From positions 1-45,284 of the forward strand of contig PWPS01000001.1 of assembly GCA_003557065.1 (NCBI GenBank): DNA of 45,284 nt, in the 5' to 3' direction. Positions 37,269 to 45,284 of the stretch are shown piece by piece. Every line of letters begins with the position of its first letter. Positions within the stretch are counted from its first letter, which is position 1. The notes under the pieces are model-generated. The model was not told the DNA's origin. It made no database searches and saw only the letters and a program-made list of their open reading frames with translations. The position numbers were made by a program, and so were the translations under genes. The stretch comes from Candidatus Nealsonbacteria bacterium. Its GTDB lineage: Bacteria > Patescibacteriota > Minisyncoccia > Minisyncoccales > PWPS01.

Positions 37269-38450
37269 TTAATTTATTTTAGCAAATCTTCGTTTCCCTA
37301 TTTGAATAACAGTCCCTTTTTTTATCTTTATTTCCTCCTTCCAGTCATTTATCTTTTTCCCATCCAGGCTAACCGCCCCCTGATCTATTAGGCGCTTCGC
37401 TTGGGATTTCGATTTAATCAAACCGGTTGAATAAACAAGATCAAGAGCTCCCATACTTTTTTCATCTACTTTTATCTCGGGCATATCTCCGGGATTCTTC
37501 CCTTCTTCAAAAACTTTTTCAAATTCTTTTCTAGCTCTTTTTGCTTCACCTTTTCCGTGATACAAGCTCACTATTTCTTCCGCTAATTCCTTTTTAATTT
37601 TTTTAGGATTTTCCTCACTAATTCTTTTTTTAACCGTTTCCATTTCTTCTTGAGAATAGAATGCACACAGGTTAAAATAGTCTATCATCAGCTCATCGTT
37701 AAGAGACATTATCTTTCCGAACATATCCTCCGGCTCATCCACAATTGTTACCACATTTCCCCAACTGGTAGACATTTTTCTACCATCAAGACCATAAAGC
37801 ATCTGAGATGTCATTATTTGTTGGGGTTCTTGATCAAATATCTTTTGGATTTTTCTTCCCGCCTTTAAATTGAATAACTGGTCAAAGCCTCCAATTTCAA
37901 CATCAGCTTCTACGGCAACCGAATCGTACCCTTGTAAAAGAGGATAGGTCATTTCATGAAGACCTATCGGCTTATCTTCATCCCATCTTTCTTTAAAATT
38001 CCTTCTTCTTATGAGTTGTTGGGCTGTAAAACTCATCGCCAAAGAGATAAATTTATCAATATTCATTTTACCGAGCCATTCACTATTATATCTTAATTCT
38101 ACCTTACTCATATCCAAAATTTTCCCGATTTGTTCTACATACCCTTTCATATTTTCTTTTATCTCTTTCTCGGTTAAGGGGGTTCTCATAGCCTGCTTAT
38201 CCGAAGCATCCCCTATTTGTGCAGTAAAATCACCGATAATAAGAACAATTTGATGTCCCAAATCTTGAAAAGCCTTTAGTTTCCAAAATTGAGAAGCTCT
38301 CCCCAGATGAATTTTAGGACCGGTAGGGTCAACCCCCAGTTTAATTCTCAACTTTTCTCCTGACTCGAGCTTTTTTCTTAAAACATTCTTATCTATAACA
38401 TCCTCTACACCTCTACTTAATATATCTTCTATTTTTTCTTTTTTATTCAT
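37269..38450 (-). CDS. tyrS: Tyrosyl-tRNA synthetase
   Basis: KLGVDPT, HLGR, IGDFTAQIGD, YPLLQGYDS, GG.DQ.FN, KMSTS, C-terminal S4 domain. Confidence 0.96.
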   Translation of the reverse strand: MNKKEKIEDILSRGVEDVIDKNVLRKKLESGEKLRIKLGVDPTGPKIHLGRASQFWKLKAFQDLGHQIVLIIGDFTAQIGDASDKQAMRTPLTEKEIKENMKGYVEQIGKILDMSKVELRYNSEWLGKMNIDKFISLAMSFTAQQLIRRRNFKERWDEDKPIGLHEMTYPLLQGYDSVAVEADVEIGGFDQLFNLKAGRKIQKIFDQEPQQIMTSQMLYGLDGRKMSTSWGNVVTIVDEPEDMFGKIMSLNDELMIDYFNLCAFYSQEEMETVKKRISEENPKKIKKELAEEIVSLYHGKGEAKRARKEFEKVFEEGKNPGDMPEIKVDEKSMGALDLVYSTGLIKSKSQAKRLIDQGAVSLDGKKINDWKEEIKIKKGTVIQIGKRRFAKIN

Positions 38451-38533
38451 GATTTTTATTTTTGTAATTCTACCATAAACACAACCAATTTTAAATTGAT
38501 GAAATAAAAAATAATGGTATAATATTAAACGAC

Positions 38534-40417
38534 ATGAAGAGAAAATTCAAAAAAATCAAAAACTTCATAAGTGTACTATTTTATATAGTATCTATTTTAG
38601 TATTTTTAACGATATTCTTCGGTTCCGTAAGTTTTATTTATTTTGCCAGAGATCTCCCCCGTCCGGAAAATTTTGTAAGCCGGAGCATAAGTCAACCTAC
38701 TAGAATTTATGACAGAACCGGAGAACATCTTCTTTACACGATTCACGGAGAAGAAAGAAGGGATCTTGTTAATATAGAAGATATTCCGGATCATCTCATT
38801 TACGCCTTACTGGCAGCAGAAGATACGAGATTTTATAATCACTACGGAATAGATATAGAAGGAATAGGTAGGTCCATTTTAATTAATTTACGCGATAGAA
38901 ATCTCTCCGCCGGTGGTTCCACCATATCTCAACAACTTGTTAGAACAGCTCTTCTAACTCATGAAAAAACTTTTATGAGAAAAGTAAGAGAAATAATACT
39001 AACAATAGAGTTAGAAAGAAGATATACAAAAGATGAAATACTTGAATTTTATTTTAATCAAGTTCCATTCGGTCATAATGTCTATGGAATTGAAACTGCA
39101 GCACAATCATTTTTCAATAAATCAACATCGGATCTGACCATTGCGGAATCCGCTACTTTGGTTGCTATGATAAGATCCCCATCAGCTCTTTCTCCATACG
39201 GAGATAATTTGGAGTCTTTAATAGGCAGAAGAAATTACATCATAAACAGAATGAGAAGTCTTGGCTTTATTTCGGAAGAAAAAAGTTCCGCTTCGTTAAA
39301 TGAAGAACCTGAATTCTCACGTTTCAGAAATTATTTAAGAGCACCACACTTCGTTTTACAAGTAAAAGCTGACTTGGAGAATAGGTACGGATCAGATTTT
39401 TTAAACCAAAGCGGTTTAAAGATATATACGACTATTGATTTCGAATTACAAAGAAAAGCAGAAGGTGTTGCTAAATTATTTGCAGAAAGAAACAGTGAAA
39501 GATATAACGCTCACAATATATCAATAGTAATAATGGATCCGAGCACGGGAGATATCTTATCAATGGTCGGTTCAGCCGATTATTTTGGAGATAAATTTCC
39601 TTCGGATTGTATTCCCGGAAAATCTTGTCTTTTTGACCCCTATACAAATGTTTCTTTACGAGGAAGACAACCCGGTTCCGCTTTTAAGCCACTCGTTTAT
39701 GCTGAAGCTTTCAGAAATGGATATAGTGGAGAAACAATAGTGATTGATGAAAGAACAAACTTCGGAACACAAAGTAATCCTTATATACCCAGAAATTATG
39801 ACGGTAAATATCGCGGAGAAGTCTCTCTAAGAGATTCTTTAGCTCAATCACTAAATATACCCGCCGTAAAAGTTATGGCCGAAATGGCCGGTCTGAGACA
39901 AAGTATCGAAATGGCAGAAAGGTTCGGCATAACAACGTTTACCAGAGAACCACACTTCTACGGCTTACCTTTAGTTTTGGGAGGAGGAGAAGTGAAACTT
40001 TTAGAATTAACTTCCGCATATGGCGTTTTTGCAGCAGATGGATTAAGATCTCCCGCTTCTTTTATTTCGAAAATAGAGGACTCTTCAAATAATACGATAT
40101 TTCAAAGCAATTCAACTCCAAGAAGAATAATAGAATCAGAAATAGCAAAAGAAATAACCGATATATTAAGCGATAACAAGGCAAGATCTCCCGTTTTCGG
40201 TAGTAACTCCCTTTTACATTTTGAAAACCATAATGTAGCCGTAAAGACCGGAAGTACTCAAAATTTCAGGGATGGTTGGACTATAGGTTATACTTCCGAC
40301 GTCGTAATAGGTGTTTGGGCGGGAAATAATAACAATGAATCAATGATCAACGCTCCCGGCATCTCAGTGGCTGCTCCGGCTTGGAGAGTTTTAATGGAGG
40401 AATTTTTAAGTAATTAG
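38534..40417 (+). CDS. Class A penicillin-binding protein (transglycosylase/transpeptidase)
   Basis: ED.RFY.H.G, GGSTISQQL, RKVRE; SAFK (SxxK), SLN, KTGS. Confidence 0.95.
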   Translation: MKRKFKKIKNFISVLFYIVSILVFLTIFFGSVSFIYFARDLPRPENFVSRSISQPTRIYDRTGEHLLYTIHGEERRDLVNIEDIPDHLIYALLAAEDTRFYNHYGIDIEGIGRSILINLRDRNLSAGGSTISQQLVRTALLTHEKTFMRKVREIILTIELERRYTKDEILEFYFNQVPFGHNVYGIETAAQSFFNKSTSDLTIAESATLVAMIRSPSALSPYGDNLESLIGRRNYIINRMRSLGFISEEKSSASLNEEPEFSRFRNYLRAPHFVLQVKADLENRYGSDFLNQSGLKIYTTIDFELQRKAEGVAKLFAERNSERYNAHNISIVIMDPSTGDILSMVGSADYFGDKFPSDCIPGKSCLFDPYTNVSLRGRQPGSAFKPLVYAEAFRNGYSGETIVIDERTNFGTQSNPYIPRNYDGKYRGEVSLRDSLAQSLNIPAVKVMAEMAGLRQSIEMAERFGITTFTREPHFYGLPLVLGGGEVKLLELTSAYGVFAADGLRSPASFISKIEDSSNNTIFQSNSTPRRIIESEIAKEITDILSDNKARSPVFGSNSLLHFENHNVAVKTGSTQNFRDGWTIGYTSDVVIGVWAGNNNNESMINAPGISVAAPAWRVLMEEFLSN

Positions 40418-41535
40418 CCGTTTCTAATAGGCATTACCACATAAAGAAAATCATCATTTCCAACGGGAGTTATTTTTCCCGGACTGGAGTTGTTATTTAC
40501 GGAAAAAACTACTTCCGATGATTTTATTTCCGAAATACCATCTTTAAGAAAACGATGATTAAATGAAATATCAACTCCTCCTCCTTCCATTTTTCCTTTT
40601 ATCGTTGTTTTATAACTACCCAAATCTCTATCTTCACTAATAATTATCATTTCTCCCCCCTCATTAATTTTCAACGTAACTTCATTAATCTTACCACTAA
40701 ACAGACTGGCTGCTTTTATTTTATTCAAGAATTCTTCTTTATCCAATAATATTTCCGTATTGGTTTGTTGAGGAATAATGGTTTCATAGTTTGGATAATC
40801 ACCTTCTATCAATTTTGAAGTAAGTTGAATTTTGGGATGATCCAATTCTTCCATTTTGGACTCAAATAAGACTTGATTGGAATCAAATTTTATAATTACC
40901 TCTTTTTCATTATCGAATATATTTAAAAATTCTTTTGCTGTTTTTTGAGGTAATATAAAAGAAAATTCTTCATTTATTTTTTCTTCCAAATATATTATCT
41001 TTTCGGCTAACCTATAACTGTCGGTTGCCGCAATTTTCAAAATATTATTTTTAAACTGAAAGTAAACTCCTGAAATTTCAGGTTTAACTTTCGTGTTAGA
41101 AGGGATATCTACAACTTGTTTTAAACCTTCGAAAAGATTGGTTGTTTTTATTTTAATTTCACTTCCATCTTTCACTTCCGGAATTATAGGGAAATCATCC
41201 GCATCCAATCCTTTTATTTTAGTTTTATAATCACTACATTCTATCGATAAATTATTATCCCTTTCATTAAAATCAATTTTCTCTTCTTCAGGTAATAAAT
41301 TTATAAAGCTGGAAAAAACATCCAAGGGAACGGTGGTTTCTCCTTCTTCTTCAGATTTTGTAATAGACCACCACTTCACTCCCACTTCCAGATCCGTTGC
41401 CGATAAACATATCAAATTTTCCTCGGTTTTTATATGAATATTCTTTAAAATGGGTAAAGAAACCGATTTAGTAGTTACTCTACCTACTGTAACCAAACCT
41501 TCTTTTATTTTATTTTGAGGAATTTTGAATTTCAT
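40414..41535 (-). CDS. dnaN: DNA polymerase III beta sliding clamp
   Basis: LPIL.NI, ATDLE, DFP.IP, ATDSYRLA, LIEG.YPNY, YVVMPIR. Confidence 0.97.
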   Translation of the reverse strand: MKFKIPQNKIKEGLVTVGRVTTKSVSLPILKNIHIKTEENLICLSATDLEVGVKWWSITKSEEEGETTVPLDVFSSFINLLPEEEKIDFNERDNNLSIECSDYKTKIKGLDADDFPIIPEVKDGSEIKIKTTNLFEGLKQVVDIPSNTKVKPEISGVYFQFKNNILKIAATDSYRLAEKIIYLEEKINEEFSFILPQKTAKEFLNIFDNEKEVIIKFDSNQVLFESKMEELDHPKIQLTSKLIEGDYPNYETIIPQQTNTEILLDKEEFLNKIKAASLFSGKINEVTLKINEGGEMIIISEDRDLGSYKTTIKGKMEGGGVDISFNHRFLKDGISEIKSSEVVFSVNNNSSPGKITPVGNDDFLYVVMPIRNG

Positions 41536-41740
41536 ATTAGTTTTTTTATATTTTATATATTTATTGTTTTTATTAGTGTTTTGGAAAACTCAAATTTTAA
41601 GTTTAATTTAGCTTTAATAATAAACGGTGGAAAGCTTTTATGTAAATCGTTAAAAAGTTGTTAAAAACTTATTCAAGTGAATTTTGGCAATTTTTATCCA
41701 CTTGTTTTAAGTTTTATTATTAACCTTTTTTTAACATCTT
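41536..41740. other. oriC segment between dnaA and dnaN (probable unwinding region)
   Basis: Degenerate DnaA boxes (TTTTCCAAA on minus 41580-41588, CTTTCCACC on minus 41626-41634, TTATCCACT 41694-41702, TTTTTAACA 41728-41736) beside a very AT-rich tract at 41536-41579. Confidence 0.65.
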
Positions 41741-43084
41741 TTACACAGATAAAAGTATCTGCTTTATTAAAGCTAACTCTTCTTTCATATCATCCTCATT
41801 ATCTAATTCCTTTTTAATTTTTTTATGAGAATACATTACGGTGGTGTGATCTTTTCCACCCATTTTTTTACCTATATAAGGAAAGGAATAATCTAATTCT
41901 TCTCTTAAAAGAAACATTGCTACTTGTCTGGGTTTCACAATTTCTTTTTTTCTCGAATTTCCTTTCAAGTCACTTTCCGATACGTCGTAAAATTTTGATA
42001 CAGCTTTCAATATTTGAGTCGGAGAAATATTTTTTGTCGGAGATTCAAGTATGTTTTTTAATATTATTTTAGTTCCGGCAATATCTATTTTTTTGCCTGT
42101 TAAATTGTGATGGGCTATAAGCTTATTGAGTGCTCCCTCCAATTCTCTTATGTTTTTTTGAATATTTTCGGCAATATAACTACAAACTTCGTCGGAAATA
42201 TTTACTTGTTTTTCTTGTGCTTTAGTTTTTAGTATGGCAAGTCTGGTTTCAAAATCGGGAAAATTAATATCGGCAATCATTCCTCCTTCGAACCTTGATC
42301 TTAATCTCTCAGTTAGAGCCCTTATAGATTTAGGAGGTCTATCGGAAGAAAGAATAATTTGTTTATTTTTTTCATACAAATCATTGAATGTATGAAAAAA
42401 TTCTTCTTGTGTCTTTTCTTTTCCGGAAAGAAACTGAATATCGTCTATTATAAGAACATCGATATCTTTATATTTATCTTTAAATTGTTCCATTTGCCCA
42501 CTTCTTATCCCATTAACTACGCCGGTAATAAATTGTTGAGCCGGTATATATTTTACTCTCTTGGAGGATTTAATTACTTCATTTCCTATGGATTGAAGTA
42601 AATGTGTTTTCCCTAAACCTACCTTTCCATAAATAAAGAGTGGATTATAAACCGATCCGGGATTTTCAGCGACGGCATAGGCCGCAGCATGCGATAATTC
42701 ATTAAAAGGACCTACAACAAAATTTTCAAAAGTGTATTTCGGATTTAAATTGGTATCCTGATCAATATGAAATTGTTCAAACTCCATTTGATTTTCATTT
42801 TTTCCTTTTTCCTTTTCTACCTTCTCCTCTCTTTTTTCTTGTTTTTTTATAACATAATTTATGTCATTAACTTCTTTACCCAGACTTTTAACAGCCTCCA
42901 TGATAGTGTCGTGGTGTTTGTTTTTAAGCCATTCTTTAGTGAAAGAGTTAGGAACGGCAACTTCCATTTTTTCTTTTTCAAAAGAGATTAACTTGGTGTT
43001 TTTAAACCAAGTATTAAAGTTTGCTTGAGATATGTTGAGCTGCACTTCAGCTAGAATTGATTGCCAGAATTTATCTTTTTCCAT
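41741..43084 (-). CDS. dnaA: Chromosomal replication initiator DnaA
   Basis: LNPKYTFENFVVG, YNPLFIYG..GLGKTHL, IDDIQF, RLRSRF, NIRELEGAL, GGKDHTTV. Confidence 0.98.
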   Translation of the reverse strand: MEKDKFWQSILAEVQLNISQANFNTWFKNTKLISFEKEKMEVAVPNSFTKEWLKNKHHDTIMEAVKSLGKEVNDINYVIKKQEKREEKVEKEKGKNENQMEFEQFHIDQDTNLNPKYTFENFVVGPFNELSHAAAYAVAENPGSVYNPLFIYGKVGLGKTHLLQSIGNEVIKSSKRVKYIPAQQFITGVVNGIRSGQMEQFKDKYKDIDVLIIDDIQFLSGKEKTQEEFFHTFNDLYEKNKQIILSSDRPPKSIRALTERLRSRFEGGMIADINFPDFETRLAILKTKAQEKQVNISDEVCSYIAENIQKNIRELEGALNKLIAHHNLTGKKIDIAGTKIILKNILESPTKNISPTQILKAVSKFYDVSESDLKGNSRKKEIVKPRQVAMFLLREELDYSFPYIGKKMGGKDHTTVMYSHKKIKKELDNEDDMKEELALIKQILLSV

Positions 43085-43300
43085 CGTTTATTTAATTTAA
43101 ACTGTGGAAAAATTATAACATATATAAAAACTGAGGAAAACTCCTAAATAGTCGAAAATATTGTGGAAAAGTTGTTAAAAATAGGTTAATTTAAAAAAAT
43201 AAAAAGATATTAGAACTCTAAAAATAAGCTTAAAAAAAATATTAAATATTATTTTATTCATAATAGTTTTCCACAACTTCTTAAGATTTTAGTTTATATT
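43085..43300. other. oriC segment / dnaA promoter region with a DnaA-box cluster
   Basis: TGTGGAAAA 43103-43111 and 43162-43170, TGAGGAAAA 43132-43140, TTTTCCACA 43267-43275, AT-rich spacer. Confidence 0.75.
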
Positions 43301-43302
43301 TT

Positions 43303-43331
43303 TTGACATTTTGACTTATTTCAATTAGAAT
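43303..43331 (+). promoter_or_regulatory. Sigma70 promoter of the rpmH operon
   Basis: TTGACA (43303-43308), 17-nt spacer, TAGAAT (43326-43331). Confidence 0.8.
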
Positions 43332-43364
43332 TTATGCCAGTATTAATCTAATTTACCGAAAAAG

Positions 43365-43499
43365 ATGTCTAAGACTTACAACCCCAGTAATAGAAAAAGG
43401 AAAAGGACTCATGGGTTTTTGGTTAGAAAGAAATCGAAAGGAGGAAAGAAGGTTCTTAAGAAGAGGCAGATGAAAGGAAGAAAAAAACTTTCAGTTTAA
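43365..43499 (+). CDS. rpmH: 50S ribosomal protein L34; absent from the ORF track
   Basis: [44 protein letters not shown]; stop overlaps the rnpA ATG. Confidence 0.96.
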   Translation: MSKTYNPSNRKRKRTHGFLVRKKSKGGKKVLKKRQMKGRKKLSV

Positions 43500-43840
43500 T
43501 GCTGCCTAAGAAAAACAGACTTAAAAAGAAAAAAGAATTCGACACGGTTTTTATTAATGGATTCAGTAGCAATGATTCTTGTTTAGAATTTAGATTTAAG
43601 GAAGTGCCCGAAGGAAAGAAGATCGGGTTAGTTGCTCCGATAAAAATATTTAAGAGGGCTACCGAAAGAAATAGAATTAAAAGAAAGATGGCGGAAGCTA
43701 CAAAAAGAATTTTGAATTATTTTCCCGAGGGAATTAATGTGATATTAATAGCAAAAAAACCGGTAGAGAAAAAAAGTGTTTCTGAATTAGAGGAGTTAAT
43801 AAAGAAATTTTTAAACAAAATTCCAAAAAATGATAGGTAA
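43499..43840 (+). CDS. rnpA: Ribonuclease P protein component
   Basis: [24 protein letters not shown] motif, synteny. Confidence 0.93.
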   Translation: MLPKKNRLKKKKEFDTVFINGFSSNDSCLEFRFKEVPEGKKIGLVAPIKIFKRATERNRIKRKMAEATKRILNYFPEGINVILIAKKPVEKKSVSELEELIKKFLNKIPKNDR

Positions 43841-44513
43841 TTTTTTTTACGTCGTTTTTTATCAACCGCTTTTCAATCTCTTAATATTTTTCTATAACAA
43901 TTTAGGAGATTTAGGTTTAGCGGTAATAATCTTAACCTTGATTGTAAAGGGGATTCTTTATCCCGTTTCCGCAAAAGCGACAAAATCTCAAAAGGCATTA
44001 AAAGAGATCCAACCGAAAGTTAAGGAAATTCAACAAAAATATAAAGATAATAAAGAGAAGCAAGCAGAAAAAGTTTTAGAACTTTATAACAAGGAAAATA
44101 TAAGCCCGTTTTCGGGAATTCTACCACTTTTTATCCAATTTCCGGTTATAATAGCCTTATTTCAAATATTTAGAAGGGGGTTGGGGGCCGGGGAGCTCGT
44201 TCATTTATATGGAACTATTTCAAGACCGGAAATTATTGATTATCTCTCCTTCGGAATTTTGGATCTGGCTGCTCCGAATATAATTTTAGCCGTCTTGGCA
44301 GGAATTGGGCAATTTATTCAAGTGAGAGTGACTATGCCCGATACACCGGGGGAAAATAAGGGTGATTTTGGAGAAATAATGAAGAATCAAATGAAATTCG
44401 TATTGCCGATTTTTACTATTTTTATTTTATCCACTTTACCTTCGGCAGTTGGGGTTTATTGGCTTATTACAATAGCTTTTTCAATTGTTCAACATTACTT
44501 AGTTAAGGCTTAA
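43830..44513 (+). CDS. yidC: Membrane protein insertase YidC/Oxa1 (short form)
   Basis: GLAVIILT..VK.IL.P, QP.VKEIQ.KYK, LP.FIQFP, LPSAVGVYW. Confidence 0.95.
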   Translation: MIGNFFYVVFYQPLFNLLIFFYNNLGDLGLAVIILTLIVKGILYPVSAKATKSQKALKEIQPKVKEIQQKYKDNKEKQAEKVLELYNKENISPFSGILPLFIQFPVIIALFQIFRRGLGAGELVHLYGTISRPEIIDYLSFGILDLAAPNIILAVLAGIGQFIQVRVTMPDTPGENKGDFGEIMKNQMKFVLPIFTIFILSTLPSAVGVYWLITIAFSIVQHYLVKA

Positions 44514-44517
44514 AAAA

Positions 44518-44979
44518 ATGCTGGAAAAAAGTGATATAAAAAAGATAGAAGAAATAACAACGGAATTTTTTGAAAAGATAGATTCTGGGATAAGTGCGGA
44601 AGTGGAACAAACGGATGATAATAACGTCGAAATCAATGTTAAGATGGGAAATCCGCAGGTTTTAATCGGAGAGAATGGGCAAACTCTTAAAGGGGTTGAA
44701 AGGCTTCTTAGATTAGCTCTAAGGAACAATGTAGAAAAAAGACTTTATATTGTTCTTGATATTAATGATTATAAAAGGAAAAAGAGAGAATATTTGGAAC
44801 AAAAGGCAAGAGAAGCTGCAGACGAAGTTTCTTTAACCGGAGTTGAAAAAAGGATGCCGGCGCTATCGGCAGCCGAAAGAAGGGTGGTTCATATGGAATT
44901 ACAGAACAGAGAAGATGTGAGAACCGAGAGTGAAGGAAAAGATCCCGAAAGGCAAGTTGTTATCAAGCCGAATGATTAA
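44518..44979 (+). CDS. jag: Jag/KhpB-like KH plus R3H RNA-binding protein (no Jag_N domain)
   Basis: LIGENGQTL (KH), LDINDY, ERRVVH (R3H), TESEG..PER; synteny after yidC. Confidence 0.88.
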   Translation: MLEKSDIKKIEEITTEFFEKIDSGISAEVEQTDDNNVEINVKMGNPQVLIGENGQTLKGVERLLRLALRNNVEKRLYIVLDINDYKRKKREYLEQKAREAADEVSLTGVEKRMPALSAAERRVVHMELQNREDVRTESEGKDPERQVVIKPND

Positions 44980-45284
44980 TTTATTTTTTTTCGCTCTTTC
45001 AGTTTTCTGATTTCTTCAGGAGTAGAAGTTATTATCTGGTCTTCCGCGTAGGAGGCCAGTATTTTTATAGCAACATGTTTTTTCCCGGCAAAAAATATTC
45101 CCTCTCCGACTTCTCCCTCCAGTAGAATATATTTTTCTTCATCGGTAAGATTAAACGTTTTTTGAACGGTATCTATCACTGCCGATGATTGTTTTAAAAG
45201 AAATCTCAAGGCCGAATTGGTTATTATGGGTTGTCCATATTCCGATCTCATGAAGTCTGCCACATCTTGAGTTATCGTAGTTAC
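44976..45284 (-). CDS. C-terminus of a VirB4/TraG-like P-loop ATPase (5' part outside the window)
   Basis: Open to the window edge: VTTITQDVADF..SEYGQPIITNS....LLKQS......V.KTFNLT..EK..LL....GEGIFFAG..H. Confidence 0.8.
   Translation of the reverse strand, partial: VTTITQDVADFMRSEYGQPIITNSALRFLLKQSSAVIDTVQKTFNLTDEEKYILLEGEVGEGIFFAGKKHVAIKILASYAEDQIITSTPEEIRKLKERKKIN

Overview
Origin-proximal 45 kb of a small, AT-rich, densely packed bacterial chromosome using genetic code 11 (TGA terminates pilC, pilB, hsp20 and yebC). Gene content and protein architecture suggest Patescibacteria (CPR, Parcubacteria-like); this is an inference from the pilMNO-X-pilB-pilT-pilC-pilA-pilD cluster without a secretin, VirB2/TrbC-like pilins, a VirB4-like ATPase, short ValRS and IF2, and rare Shine-Dalgarno sites. 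The window also holds 18 tRNA genes, recG, tsaD/tsaE, gyrA, rpsA, ftsH, rplS, infB, ruvB/yebC/ruvC, tyrS, a class A PBP, and the dnaN-dnaA-oriC-rpmH-rnpA-yidC-jag block. No CRISPR array, rRNA, prophage or intact IS was seen. Most notable observations: (1) tRNA-Ile(UAU) and tRNA-Arg(GCG), implying decoding without lysidine or inosine; (2) an AAAGGTC element 21-23 nt upstream of the ATG of three independently promoted pilin genes from two unrelated families; (3) extra extracellular domains in two pilus-alignment proteins (a cupredoxin-like domain resembling haloarchaeal ones, and a possibly permuted SH3b-like insert); (4) single in-frame stops in rpsA and in one pilin; (5) a structured rpsA leader; (6) an intact but catalytically dead RAYT-like gene; (7) a probable non-canonical D-amino acid transaminase. 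Family assignments come from motif recognition only; no searches were run.
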